64,000 nt of DNA from Eledone cirrhosa (Eukaryota): NCBI GenBank assembly GCA_964016885.1, contig OZ024740.1, positions 317,874,001 through 317,938,000 on the forward strand, written 5' to 3'. Under the pieces are notes generated by a model that saw nothing but the letters and a program-made list of their open reading frames with translations, had not been told where the DNA came from and did not search any database. Each line of letters starts with the position of its first letter. Within the stretch, counting starts at the first letter, position 1. Positions 14,001 to 28,020 of this stretch are shown here, piece by piece. A program made the translations under genes and the position numbers.

Positions 14001-17000
14001 AACTTACATTCTATCTAACATTCTAAGAACTCCACCAATTCGAAATCTTTCTACTACAATACTCACAACAAATCATCCAGGATTGTCTCGTCTATTTCCA
14101 CAACTTACATTCTATCTGATATTCTAACGACTCTACCAATTCGAAGTCTTTCTACTACAATACAAACAACAAATAATCCAGGATTGTCTCTTCTATTTCC
14201 ACAACTTGCATTCTATCTGACATTCTAACGACTCTACCAATTCGAAGTCTTTCTACTACAATACTCACAACAAATAATCCAGGATTGTCTCGTCTATTTC
14301 CACAACTTGCATTCTATCTGACATTCTAACGACTCTACCAATTCGAAGTCTTTCTACCACAATACTCACAACAAATAATCCAGGATTGTCTCGTCTATTT
14401 CCACAAATTACATTCTATCTGACATTCTAACGACTCTACCAATTCGCTGTCTTTCTACTACAATACTCACAACAAATAATCCAGGATTGTCTCGTCTATT
14501 TCCACAACATACATTCTATCTGACATTCTAACGACTCTACCAATTCGCTGTCTTCCTACTACAATACTCAACAAATAATCCAGGACTGTCTCGTCTATTT
14601 CCAAAACTTACGTTCTATCTGACATTCTAAAGACTCTAACAATTCGAAGTCTTTCTACTACAATACTCAGAACAAATAATCCAGGTTTGTCTCGTCTATT
14701 TCCACAACTTACATTCTATCTAACATTCTAACGACTCTACCAATTCGAAGTCTTTCTACTACAATACTAACAACAAATAATCCAGGATTGTCTCTTCTAT
14801 TTCCACAACTTACATTCTATCTAACATTCTAACGCCTCTACCAATTCGAAGCCTTTTTTCTACATTACTCACAACAAATAATTCAGGATTGCCCCGTCTG
14901 TTTCCACAACTTAAATTCTACCTGATATTCTAACGACTCTACCAATTCGAAGTCTTTCTAATACAATACTAACAACAAATAATCCAGGATTGTCTCTTCT
15001 ATTTCCACAACTTACATTCTATCTAACATTCTAACAACTCCACCAATTCGAAATCTTTCTACTACAATACTCACAACAAATCATCCAGGATTGTCTCGTC
15101 TATTTCCACAACTTACATTCTATCTGATATTCTAACGACTCTACGAATTCGAAGTCTTTCTACTACAATACTAACAACAAATAATCCAGGATTGTCTCTT
15201 CTATTTCCACAACCTGCATTCTATCTGACATTCTAATGACTCTACCAATTCGAAGTCTTTCTACTACAATACTCACAACAAATAATCCAGGATTGTCTCG
15301 TCTATTTCCACAACTTGCATTCTATCTGACATTCTAACGACTCTACCAATTTGAAATCTTTCTACTACAATACTCACAACAAATAATCCAGGATTGTCTC
15401 GTCTATTTCCACAAATTACATTCTATCTGACATTCTAACGACTCTACCAATTCGAAGTCTTTCTACTACAATACTCACAACAAATAATCCAGGATTGTCT
15501 CGTCTATTTCCACAACATACATTCTATCTGACATTCTAACGACTCTACCAATTCGCTGTCTTTCTACTACAATACTCAACAAATAATCCAGGACTGTCTC
15601 GTCTATTTCCACAACTTACGTTCTATCTGACATTCTAAAGACTCTAACAATTCGAAGTCTTTCTACTACAATACTCAGAACAAATAATCCAGGTTTGTCT
15701 CGTCTATTTCCACAACTTACATTCTATCTAACATTCTAACGACTCTACCAATTCGAAGCCTTTTTACTACATTACTCACAACAAATAATTCAGGATTGTC
15801 ACGTCTATTTCCACAAATTACGTTCTATCTGACATTCTAACGACTCTACCAATTCGCTGTCTTTCTACTACAATACTCACAACAAATAATCCAGGATTGT
15901 CTCGTCTATTTCCACAACTTACATTCTATCTAACATTCTAACAACTCCACCAATTGGAAATGTTTCTACTACAATACTCACAACAAATAATCCAGGATTA
16001 TCTCGTCTATTTCCACAACTTACATTCTATCTGATATTCTAACGACTCTACGAATTCGAAGTCTTTCTACTACAATACTAACAACAAATAATCCAGGATT
16101 GTCTCTTCTATTTCCACAACTTGCATTCTATCTGACATTCTAATGACTCTACCAATTCGAAGTCTTTCTACTACAATACTCACAACAAATAATCCAGGAT
16201 TGTCTCGTCTATTTCCACAACTTACATTCTATCTAACATTCTAACGACTCTACCAATTCGAAGCCTTTTTACTACATTACTCACAACAAATAATCCAGGA
16301 TTGTCTCGTCTATTTCCACAACTTACATTCTATCTGATATTCTAACGACTCTACCAATTCGAAGTCTTTCTACTACAATACTCACAACAAATAATCCAGG
16401 ATTGTCTCGTCTATTTCCACAACTTACATTCTATCTGATATTCTAACGACTCTACCAATTCGAAGTCTTTCTACTACAATACTAACAACAAATAATCCAG
16501 GAATGTCTCTTCTATTTCCACAACTTACATTCTATCTGACATTCTAACAACTCTACCAATTCGAAATCTTTCTCCTACAATACTCACAACAAATAATCCA
16601 GGATTGTCTCGTCTATTTACACAACTTACATTCTATCTGATATTCTAACGACTATACCAATTCGAAGTCTTTCTACTACAATACTAACAAGAAATAATCC
16701 AGGATTGTCTCTTCTATTTCCACAACTTACATTCTATCTGACATTCTAACAACTCTACCAATTCGAAATCTTTCTACTACAATACTCACAACAAATAATC
16801 CAGGATTGTCTCGTCTATTTCCACAACTTACATTCTATCTGATATTCTAACGACTCTACCAATTCGAAGTCTTTCTACTACAATACTAACAACAAATAAT
16901 CCAGGATTGTCTCGTCTATTTCCACGACTTACGTTCTATCTGACATTCTAACAACTCTACCAATTCGAAGTCTTTCTACTACAATACTCACAACAAATAA

Positions 17001-20000
17001 TACAGGATTCGCTCGTCTATTTCCACAACTTACATTCTATCTGATATTCTAACGACTCTACCAATTCGAAGTCTTTCTACTACAATACTAACAACAAATA
17101 ATCCAGGATTGTCTCTTCTATTTCCACAACTTACATTCTATCTAACATTCTAACAACTCCACCAATTCGAAATATTTCTACTACAATACTCACAACAAAT
17201 CATCCAGGATTGTCTCGTCTATTTCCACAACATACATTCTATCTGACATTCTAACGACTCTACCAATTCGCTGTCTTTCTACTACAATACTCAACAAATA
17301 ATCCAGGACTGTCTCGTCTATTTCCACAACTTACGTTCTATCTGACATTCTAAAGACTCTAACAATTAGAAGTCTTTCTACTACAATACTCAGAACAAAT
17401 AATCCAGGATTGTCTCGTCTATTTCCACAACTTGCATTCTATCTGACATTCTAACGACTCTACCAATTCGAAGTCTTTCTACTACAATACTCACAACAAA
17501 TAATCCAGGATTGTCTCGTCTATTTCCACAACTTGCATTCTATCTGACATTCTAACGACTCTACCAATTTGAAATCTTTCTACTACAATACTCACAACAA
17601 ATAATCCAGGATTGTCTCGTCTATTTCCACAAATTACATTCTATCTGACATTCTAACGACTCTACCAATTCGAAGTCTTTCTACTACAATACTCACAACA
17701 AATAATCCAGGATTGTCTCGTCTATTTCCACAACATACATTCTATCTGACATTCTAACGACTCTACCAATTCGCTGTCTTTCTACTACAATACTCAACAA
17801 ATAATCCAGGACTGTCTCGTCTATTTCCACAACTTACGTTCTATCTGACATTCTAAAGACTCTAACAATTCGAAGTCTTTCTACTACAATACTCAGAACA
17901 AATAATCCAGGTTTGTCTCGTCTATTTCCACAACTTACATTCTATCTAACATTCTAACGACTCTACCAATTCGAAGCCTTTTTACTACATTACTCACAAC
18001 AAATAATTCAGGATTGTCACGTCTATTTCCACAAATTACGTTCTATCTGACATTCTAACGACTCTACCAATTCGCTGTCTTTCTACTACAATACTCACAA
18101 CAAATAATCCAGGATTGTCTCGTCTATTTCCACAACTTACATTCTATCTAACATTCTAACAACTCCACCAATTGGAAATGTTTCTACTACAATACTCACA
18201 ACAAATCATCCAGGATTGTCTCGTCTATTTCCACAACTTACATTCTATCTGATATTCTAACGACTCTACGAATTCGAAGTCTTTCTACTACAATACTAAC
18301 AACAAATAATCCAGGATTGTCTCTTCTATTTCCACAACTTGCATTCTATCTGACATTCTAATGACTCTACCAATTCGAAGTCTTTCTACTACAATACTCA
18401 CAACAAATAATCCAGGATTGTCTCGTCTATTTCCACAACTTACATTATATCTAACATTCTAACGACTCTACCAATTCGAAGCCTTTTTACTACATTACTC
18501 ACAACAAATAATCCAGGATTGTCTCGTCTATTTCCACAACTTACATTCTATCTGATATTCTAACGACTCTACCAATTCGAAGTCTTTCTACTACAATACT
18601 CACAACAAATAATCCAGGATTGTCTCGTCTATTTCCACAACTTACATTCTATCTGATATTCTAACGACTCTACCAATTCGAAGTCTTTCTACTACAATAC
18701 TAACAACAAATAATCCAGGAATGTCTCTTCTATTTCCACAACTTACATTCTATCTGACATTCTAACAACTCTACCAATTCGAAATCTTTCTACTACAATA
18801 CTCACAACAAATAATCCAGGATTGTCTCGTCTATTTCCACAACTTACATTCTATCTGATATTCTAACGACTATACCAATTCGAAGTCTTTCTACTACAAT
18901 ACTAACAACAAATAATCCAGGATTGTCTCGTCTATTTCCACAACTTACGTTCTATCTGACATTCTAACAACTCTACCAATTCGAAGTCTTTCTACTACAA
19001 TACTCACAACAAATAATACAGGATTCGCTCGTCTATTTCCACAACTTACATTCTATCTGATATTCTAACGACTCTACCAATTCGAAGTCTTTCTACTACA
19101 ATACTAACAACAAATAATCCAGGATTGTCTCTTCTATTTCCACAACTTACATTCTATCTAACATTCTAACAACTCCACCAATTCGGAATCTTTCTACTAC
19201 AATACTCACAACAAATCATCCAGGATTGTCTCGTCTATTTCCACAACATACATTCTATCTGACATTCTAACGACTCTACCAATTCGCTGTCTTTCTACTA
19301 CAATACTCAACAAATAATCCAGGACTGTCTCGTCTATTTCCACAACTTACGTTCTATCTGACATTCTAAAGACACTAACAATTAGAAGTCTTTCTACTAC
19401 AATACTCAGAACAAATAATCCAGGTTTGTCTCGTCTATTTCCACAACTTACATTCTATCTAACATTCTAACGACTCTACCAATTCGAAGCCTTTTTACTA
19501 CATTACTCACAACAAATAATCCAGGATTGTCTCGTCTATTTCCACAACTTACATTCTATCTGATATTCTAACGACTCTACGAATTCGAAGTCTTTCTACT
19601 ACAATACTAACAACAAATAATCCAGGATTGTCTCTTCTATTTCCACAACTTACATTCTATCTAACATTCTAACGACTCTACCAATTCGAAGCCTTTTTAC
19701 TACATTACTCACAACAAATAATTCAGGATTGTCACGTCTATTTCCACAAATTACGTTCTATCTGACATTCTAACGACTCTACCAATTCGCTGTCTTTCTA
19801 CTACAATACTCACAACAAATAATCCAGGATTGTCTCGTCTATTTCCACAACTTACATTCTATCTAACATTCTAACAACTCCACCAATTGGAAATGTTTCT
19901 ACTACAATACTCACAACAAATCATCCAGGATTGTCTCGTCTATTTCCACAACTTACATTCTATCTGATATTCTAACGACTCTACGAATTCGAAGTCTTTC

Positions 20001-23000
20001 TACTACAATACTAACAACAAATAATCCAGGATTGTCTCTTCTATTTCCACAACTTGCATTCTATCTGACATTCTAATGACTCTACCAATTCGAAGTCTTT
20101 CTACTACAATACTCACAACAAATAATCCAGGATTGTCTCGTCTATTTCCACAACTTGCATTCTATCTGACATTCTAACGACTCTACCAATTTGAAATCAT
20201 TCTACTACAATACTCACAACAAATAATCCAGGATTGTCTCGTCTATTTCCACAAATTACATTCTATCTGACATTCTAACGACTCTACCAATTCGAAGTCT
20301 TTCTACTACAATACTCACAACAAATAATCCAGGATTGTCTCGTCTATTTCCACAACTTACATTCTATCTGATATTCTAACGACTCTACCAATTCGAAGTC
20401 TTTCTACTACAATACTAACAACAAATAATCCAGGAATGTCTCTTCTATTTCCACAACTTACATTCTATCTGACATTCTAACAACTCTACCAATTCGAAAT
20501 CTTTCTCCTACAATACTCACAACAAATAATCCAGGATTGTCTCGTCTATTTACACAACTTACATTCTATCTGATATTCTAACGACTATACCAATTCGAAG
20601 TCTTTCTACTACAATACTAACAAGAAATAATCCAGGATTGTCTCTTCTATTTCCACAACTTACATTCTATCTGACATTCTAACAACTCTACCAATTCGAA
20701 ATCTTTCTACTACAATACTCACAACAAATAATCCAGGATTGTCTCGTCTATTTCCACAACTTACATTCTATCTGATATTCTAACGACTCTACCAATTCGA
20801 AGTCTTTCTACTACAATACTAACAACAAATAATCCAGGATTGTCTCTTCTATTTCCACAACTTACATTCTATCTAACGTTCTAACAACTCCACCAATTCG
20901 AAATCTTTCTACTACAATACTCACAACAAATCATCCAGGATTGTCTCGTCTATTTCCACAACATACATTCTATCTGACATTCTAACGACTCTACCAATTC
21001 GCTGTCTTTCTACTACAATACTCAACAAATAATCCAGGACTGTCTCGTCTATTTCCACAACTTACGTTCTATCTGACATTCTAAAGACTCTAACAATTCG
21101 AAGTCTTTCTACTACAATACTCAGAACAAATAATCCAGGTTTGTCTCGTCTATTTCCACAACTTACATTCTATCTAACATTCTAACGACTCTACCAATTC
21201 GAAGCCTTTTTACTACATTACTCACAACAAATAATTCAGGATTGCCCCGTCTATTTCCACAACTTACATTCTACCTGACATTCTAACGACTCTACCAATT
21301 CGCTGTCTTTCTACTACAATACTCACAACAAATAATCCAGGATTGTCTCGTCTATTTCCACAACTTACATTCTATCTAACATTCTAACAACTCCACCAAT
21401 TCGAAATCTTTCTACTACAATACTCACAACAAATCATCCAGGATTGTCTCGTCTATTTCCACAACTTACGTTCTATCTGATATTCTAACGACTCTACCAA
21501 TTCGAAGTCTTTCTACTACAATACTAACAACAAATAATCCAGGATTGTCTCTTCTATTTCCACAACTTACATTCTATCTAACATTCTAACAACTCCACCA
21601 ATTCGAAAACTTTCTACTACAATACTCACAACAAATCATCCAAGATTGTCCCGTCTATTTCCACAACTTACATTCTATCTGACATTCTAATGACTCTACC
21701 AATTCGAAGTCTTTCTCCTACAATACTCACAACAAATAATCCAGGATTGTCTCGTCTATTTCCACAACTTGCATTCTATCTGACATTCTAACGACTCTAC
21801 CAATTCGAAGTCTTTCTACTACAATACTCACAACAAATAATCCAGGATTGTCTCGTCTATTTCCACAAATTACATTCTATCTGACATTCTAACGACTCTA
21901 CCAATTCGCTGTCTTTCTACTACAATACTCACAACAAATAATCCAGGATTGTCTCGTCTATTTCCACAACATACATTCTATCTGACATTCTAACGACTCT
22001 ACCAATTCGCTGTCTTTCTACTACAATACTCAACAAATAATCCAGGACTGTCTCGTCTATTTCCACAACTTACGTTCTATCTGACATTCTAAAGACTCTA
22101 ACAATTCGAAGTCTTTCTACTACAATACTCAGAACAAATAATCCAGGTTTGTCTCGTCTATTTCCACAACTTACATTCTATCTAACATTCTAACGACTCT
22201 ACCAATTCGAAGCCTTTTTACTACATTACTCACAACAAATAATTCAGGATTGTCTCGTCTATTTCCACAACTTACATTCTATCTGATATTCTAACGACTC
22301 TACCAATTCGAAGTCTTTCTACTACAATACTAACAACAAATAATCCAGGATTGTCTCTTCTATTTCCACAACTTACATTCTATCTAACATTCTAAGAACT
22401 CCACCAATTCGAAATCTTTCTACTACAATACTCACAACAAATCATCCAGGATTGTCTCGTCTATTTCCACAACTTACATTCTATCTGATATTCTAACGAC
22501 TCTACCAATTCGAAGTCTTTCTACTACAATACTCACAACAAATAATCCAGGATTGTCTCGTCTATTTCCACAACTTGCATTCTATCTGACATTCTAACGA
22601 CTCTACCAATTCGAAGTCTTTCTACCACAATACTCACAACAAATAATCCAGGATTGTCTCGTCTATTTCCACAAATTACATTCTATCTGACATTCTAACG
22701 ACTCTACCAATTCGCTGTCTTTCTACTACAATACTCACAACAAATAATCCAGGATTGTCTCGTCTATTTCCACAACATACATTCTATCTGACATTCTAAC
22801 GACTCTACCAATTCGCTGTCTTCCTACTACAATACTCAACAAATAATCCAGGACTGTCTCGTCTATTTCCAAAACTTACGTTCTATCTGACATTCTAAAG
22901 ACTCTAACAATTCGAAGTCTTTCTACTACAATACTCAGAACAAATAATCCAGGTTTGTCTCGTCTATTTCCACAACTTACATTCTATCTAACATTCTAAC

Positions 23001-26000
23001 GACTCTACCAATTCGAAGTCTTTCTACTACAATACTAACAACAAATAATCCAGGATTGTCTCTTCTATTTCCACAACTTACATTCTATCTAACATTCTAA
23101 CGCCTCTACCAATTCGAAGCCTTTTTTCTACATTACTCACAACAAATAATTCAGGATTGCCCCGTCTGTTTCCACAACTTAAATTCTACCTGATATTCTA
23201 ACGACTCTACCAATTCGAAGTCTTTCTAATACAATACTAACAACAAATAATCCAGGATTGTCTCTTCTATTTCCACAACTTACATTCTATCTAACATTCT
23301 AACAACTCCACCAATTCGAAATCTTTCTACTACAATACTCACAACAAATCATCCAGGATTGTCTCGTCTATTTCCACAACTTACATTCTATCTGATATTC
23401 TAACGACTCTACGAATTCGAAGTCTTTCTACTACAATACTAACAACAAATAATCCAGGATTGTCTCTTCTATTTCCACAACCTGCATTCTATCTGACATT
23501 CTAATGACTCTACCAATTCGAAGTCTTTCTACTACAATACTCACAACAAATAATCCAGGATTGTCTCGTCTATTTCCACAACTTGCATTCTATCTGACAT
23601 TCTAACGACTCTACCAATTTGAAATCTTTCTACTACAATACTCACAACAAATAATCCAGGATTGTCTCGTCTATTTCCACAAATTACATTCTATCTGACA
23701 TTCTAACGACTCTACCAATTCGAAGTCTTTCTACTACAATACTCACAACAAATAATCCAGGATTGTCTCGTCTATTTCCACAACATACATTCTATCTGAC
23801 ATTCTAACGACTCTACCAATTCGCTGTCTTTCTACTACAATACTCAACAAATAATCCAGGACTGTCTCGTCTATTTCCACAACTTACGTTCTATCTGACA
23901 TTCTAAAGACTCTAACAATTCGAAGTCTTTCTACTACAATACTCAGAACAAATAATCCAGGTTTGTCTCGTCTATTTCCACAACTTACATTCTATCTAAC
24001 ATTCTAACGACTCTACCAATTCGAAGCCTTTTTACTACATTACTCACAACAAATAATTCAGGATTGTCACGTCTATTTCCACAAATTACGTTCTATCTGA
24101 CATTCTAACGACTCTACCAATTCGCTGTCTTTCTACTACAATACTCACAACAAATAATCCAGGATTGTCTCGTCTATTTCCACAACTTACATTCTATCTA
24201 ACATTCTAACAACTCCACCAATTGGAAATGTTTCTACTACAATACTCACAACAAATCATCCAGGATTGTCTCGTCTATTTCCACAACTTACATTCTATCT
24301 GATATTCTAACGACTCTACGAATTCGAAGTCTTTCTACTACAATACTAACAACAAATAATCCAGGATTGTCTCTTCTATTTCCACAACTTGCATTCTATC
24401 TGACATTCTAATGACTCTACCAATTCGAAGTCTTTCTACTACAATACTCACAACAAATAATCCAGGATTGTCTCGTCTATTTCCACAACTTACATTCTAT
24501 CTAACATTCTAACGACTCTACCAATTCGAAGCCTTTTTACTACATTACTCACAACAAATAATCCAGGATTGTCTCGTCTATTTCCACAACTTACATTCTA
24601 TCTGATATTCTAACGACTCTACCAATTCGAAGTCTTTCTACTACAATACTCACAACAAATAATCCAGGATTGTCTCGTCTATTTCCACAACTTACATTCT
24701 ATCTGATATTCTAACGACTCTACCAATTCGAAGTCTTTCTACTACAATACTAACAACAAATAATCCAGGAATGTCTCTTCTATTTCCACAACTTACATTC
24801 TATCTGACATTCTAACAACTCTACCAATTCGAAATCTTTCTCCTACAATACTCACAACAAATAATCCAGGATTGTCTCGTCTATTTACACAACTTACATT
24901 CTATCTGATATTCTAACGACTATACCAATTCGAAGTCTTTCTACTACAATACTAACAAGAAATAATCCAGGATTGTCTCTTCTATTTCCACAACTTACAT
25001 TCTATCTGACATTCTAACAACTCTACCAATTCGAAATCTTTCTACTACAATACTCACAACAAATAATCCAGGATTGTCTCGTCTATTTCCACAACTTACA
25101 TTCTATCTGATATTCTAACGACTCTACCAATTCGAAGTCTTTCTACTACAATACTAACAACAAATAATCCAGGATTGTCTCGTCTATTTCCACAACTTAC
25201 GTTCTATCTGACATTCTAACAACTCTACCAATTCGAAGTCTTTCTACTACAATACTCACAACAAATAATACAGGATTCGCTCGTCTATTTCCACAACTTA
25301 CATTCTATCTGATATTCTAACGACTCTACCAATTCGAAGTCTTTCTACTACAATACTAACAACAAATAATCCAGGATTGTCTCTTCTATTTCCACAACTT
25401 ACATTCTATCTAACATTCTAACAACTCCACCAATTCAAAATATTTCTACTACAATACTCACAACAAATCATCCAGGATTGTCTCGTCTATTTCCACAACA
25501 TACATTCTATCTGACATTCTAACGACTCTACCAATTCGCTGTCTTTCTACTACAATACTCAACAAATAATCCAGGACTGTCTCGTCTATTTCCACAACTT
25601 ACGTTCTATCTGACATTCTAAAGACTCTAACAATTAGAAGTCTTTCTACTACAATACTCAGAACAAATAATCCAGGATTGTCTCGTCTATTTCCACAACT
25701 TGCATTCTATCTGACATTCTAACGACTCTACCAATTCGAAGTCTTTCTACTACAATACTCACAACAAATAATCCAGGATTGTCTCGTCTATTTCCACAAC
25801 TTGCATTCTATCTGACATTCTAACGACTCTACCAATTTGAAATCTTTCTACTACAATACTCACAACAAATAATCCAGGATTGTCTCGTCTATTTCCACAA
25901 ATTACATTCTATCTGACATTCTAACGACTCTACCAATTCGAAGTCTTTCTACTACAATACTCACAACAAATAATCCAGGATTGTCTCGTCTATTTCCACA

Positions 26001-28020
26001 ACATACATTCTATCTGACATTCTAACGACTCTACCAATTCGCTGTCTTTCTACTACAATACTCAACAAATAATCCAGGACTGTCTCGTCTATTTCCACAA
26101 CTTACGTTCTATCTGACATTCTAAAGACTCTAACAATTCGAAGTCTTTCTACTACAATACTCAGAACAAATAATCCAGGTTTGTCTCGTCTATTTCCACA
26201 ACTTACATTCTATCTAACATTCTAACGACTCTACCAATTCGAAGCCTTTTTACTACATTACTCACAATAAATAATTCAGGATTGTCACGTCTATTTCCAC
26301 AAATTACGTTCTATCTGACATTCTAACGACTCTACCAATTCGCTGTCTTTCTACTACAATACTCACAACAAATAATCCAGGATTGTCTCGTCTATTTCCA
26401 CAACTTACATTCTATCTAACATTCTAACAACTCCACCAATTGGAAATGTTTCTACTACAATACTCACAACAAATCATCCAGGATTGTCTCGTCTATTTCC
26501 ACAACTTACATTCTATCTGATATTCTAACGACTCTACGAATTCGAAGTCTTTCTACTACAATACTAACAACAAATAATCCAGGATTGTCTCTTCTATTTC
26601 CACAACTTGCATTCTATCTGACATTCTAATGACTCTACCAATTCGAAGTCTTTCTACTACAATACTCACAACAAATAATCCAGGATTGTCTCGTCTATTT
26701 CCACAACTTACATTCTATCTAACATTCTAACGACTCTACCAATTCGAAGCCTTTTTACTACATTACTCACAACAAATAATCCAGGATTGTCTCGTCTATT
26801 TCCACAACTTACATTCTATCTGATATTCTAACGACTCTACCAATTCGAAGTCTTTCTACTACAATACTCACAACAAATAATCCAGGATTGTCTCGTCTAT
26901 TTCCACAACTTACATTCTATCTGATATTCTAACGACTCTACCAATTCGAAGTCTTTCTACTACAATACTAACAACAAATAATCCAGGAATGTCTCTTCTA
27001 TTTCCACAACTTACATTCTATCTGACATTCTAACAACTCTACCAATTCGAAATCTTTCTACTACAATACTCACAACAAATAATCCAGGATTGTCTCGTCT
27101 ATTTACACAACTTACATTCTATCTGATATTCTAACGACTATACCAATTCGAAGTCTTTCTACTACAATACTAACAAGAAATAATCCAGGATTGTCTCTTC
27201 TATTTCCACAACTTACATTCTATCTGACATTCTAACGACTCTACCAATTCGAAGTCTTTCTACTACAATACTAACAACAAATAATCCAGGATTGTCTCGT
27301 CTATTTCCACAACTTACGTTCTATCTGACATTCTAACAACTCTACCAATTCGAAGTCTTTCTACTACAATACTCACAACAAATAATACAGGATTCGCTCG
27401 TCTATTTCCACAACTTACATTCTATCTGATATTCTAACGACTCTACCAATTCGAAGTCTTTCTACTACAATACTAACAACAAATAATCCAGGATTGTCTC
27501 TTCTATTTCCACAACTTACATTCTATCTAACATTCTAACAACTCCACCAATTCGAAATCTTTCTACTACAATACTCACAACAAATCATCCAGGATTGTCT
27601 CGTCTATTTCCACAACATACATTCTATCTGACATTCTAACGACTCTACCAATTCGCTGTCTTTCTACTACAATACTCAACAAATAATCCAGGACTGTCTC
27701 GTCTATTTCCACAACTTACGTTCTATCTGACATTCTAAAGACACTAACAATTAGAAGTCTTTCTACTACAATACTCAGAACAAATAATCCAGGTTTGTCT
27801 CGTCTATTTCCACAACTTACATTCTATCTAACATTCTAACGACTCTACCAATTCGAAGCCTTTTTACTACATTACTCACAACAAATAATCCAGGATTGTC
27901 TCGTCTATTTCCACAACTTACATTCTATCTGATATTCTAACGACTCTACGAATTCGAAGTCTTTCTACTACAATACTAACAACAAATAATCCAGGATTGT
28001 CTCTTCTATTTCCACAACTT
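11065..28020. repeat. Large tandem duplication of about 8.5 kb (about 11065-19635 and about 19636-28020; 85 versus 83 monomers)
   Basis: Private variants are offset by 8571 bp (TGAAATCATT 11621/20192; TCTAACGTTC 12301/20872), then 8268 bp (TCTTCCTACT 14551/22819; GCCCCGTCTG 14891/23159; AACCTGCATT 15211/23479), then 8369 bp (GACACTAACA 19371/27740). Confidence 0.92.
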
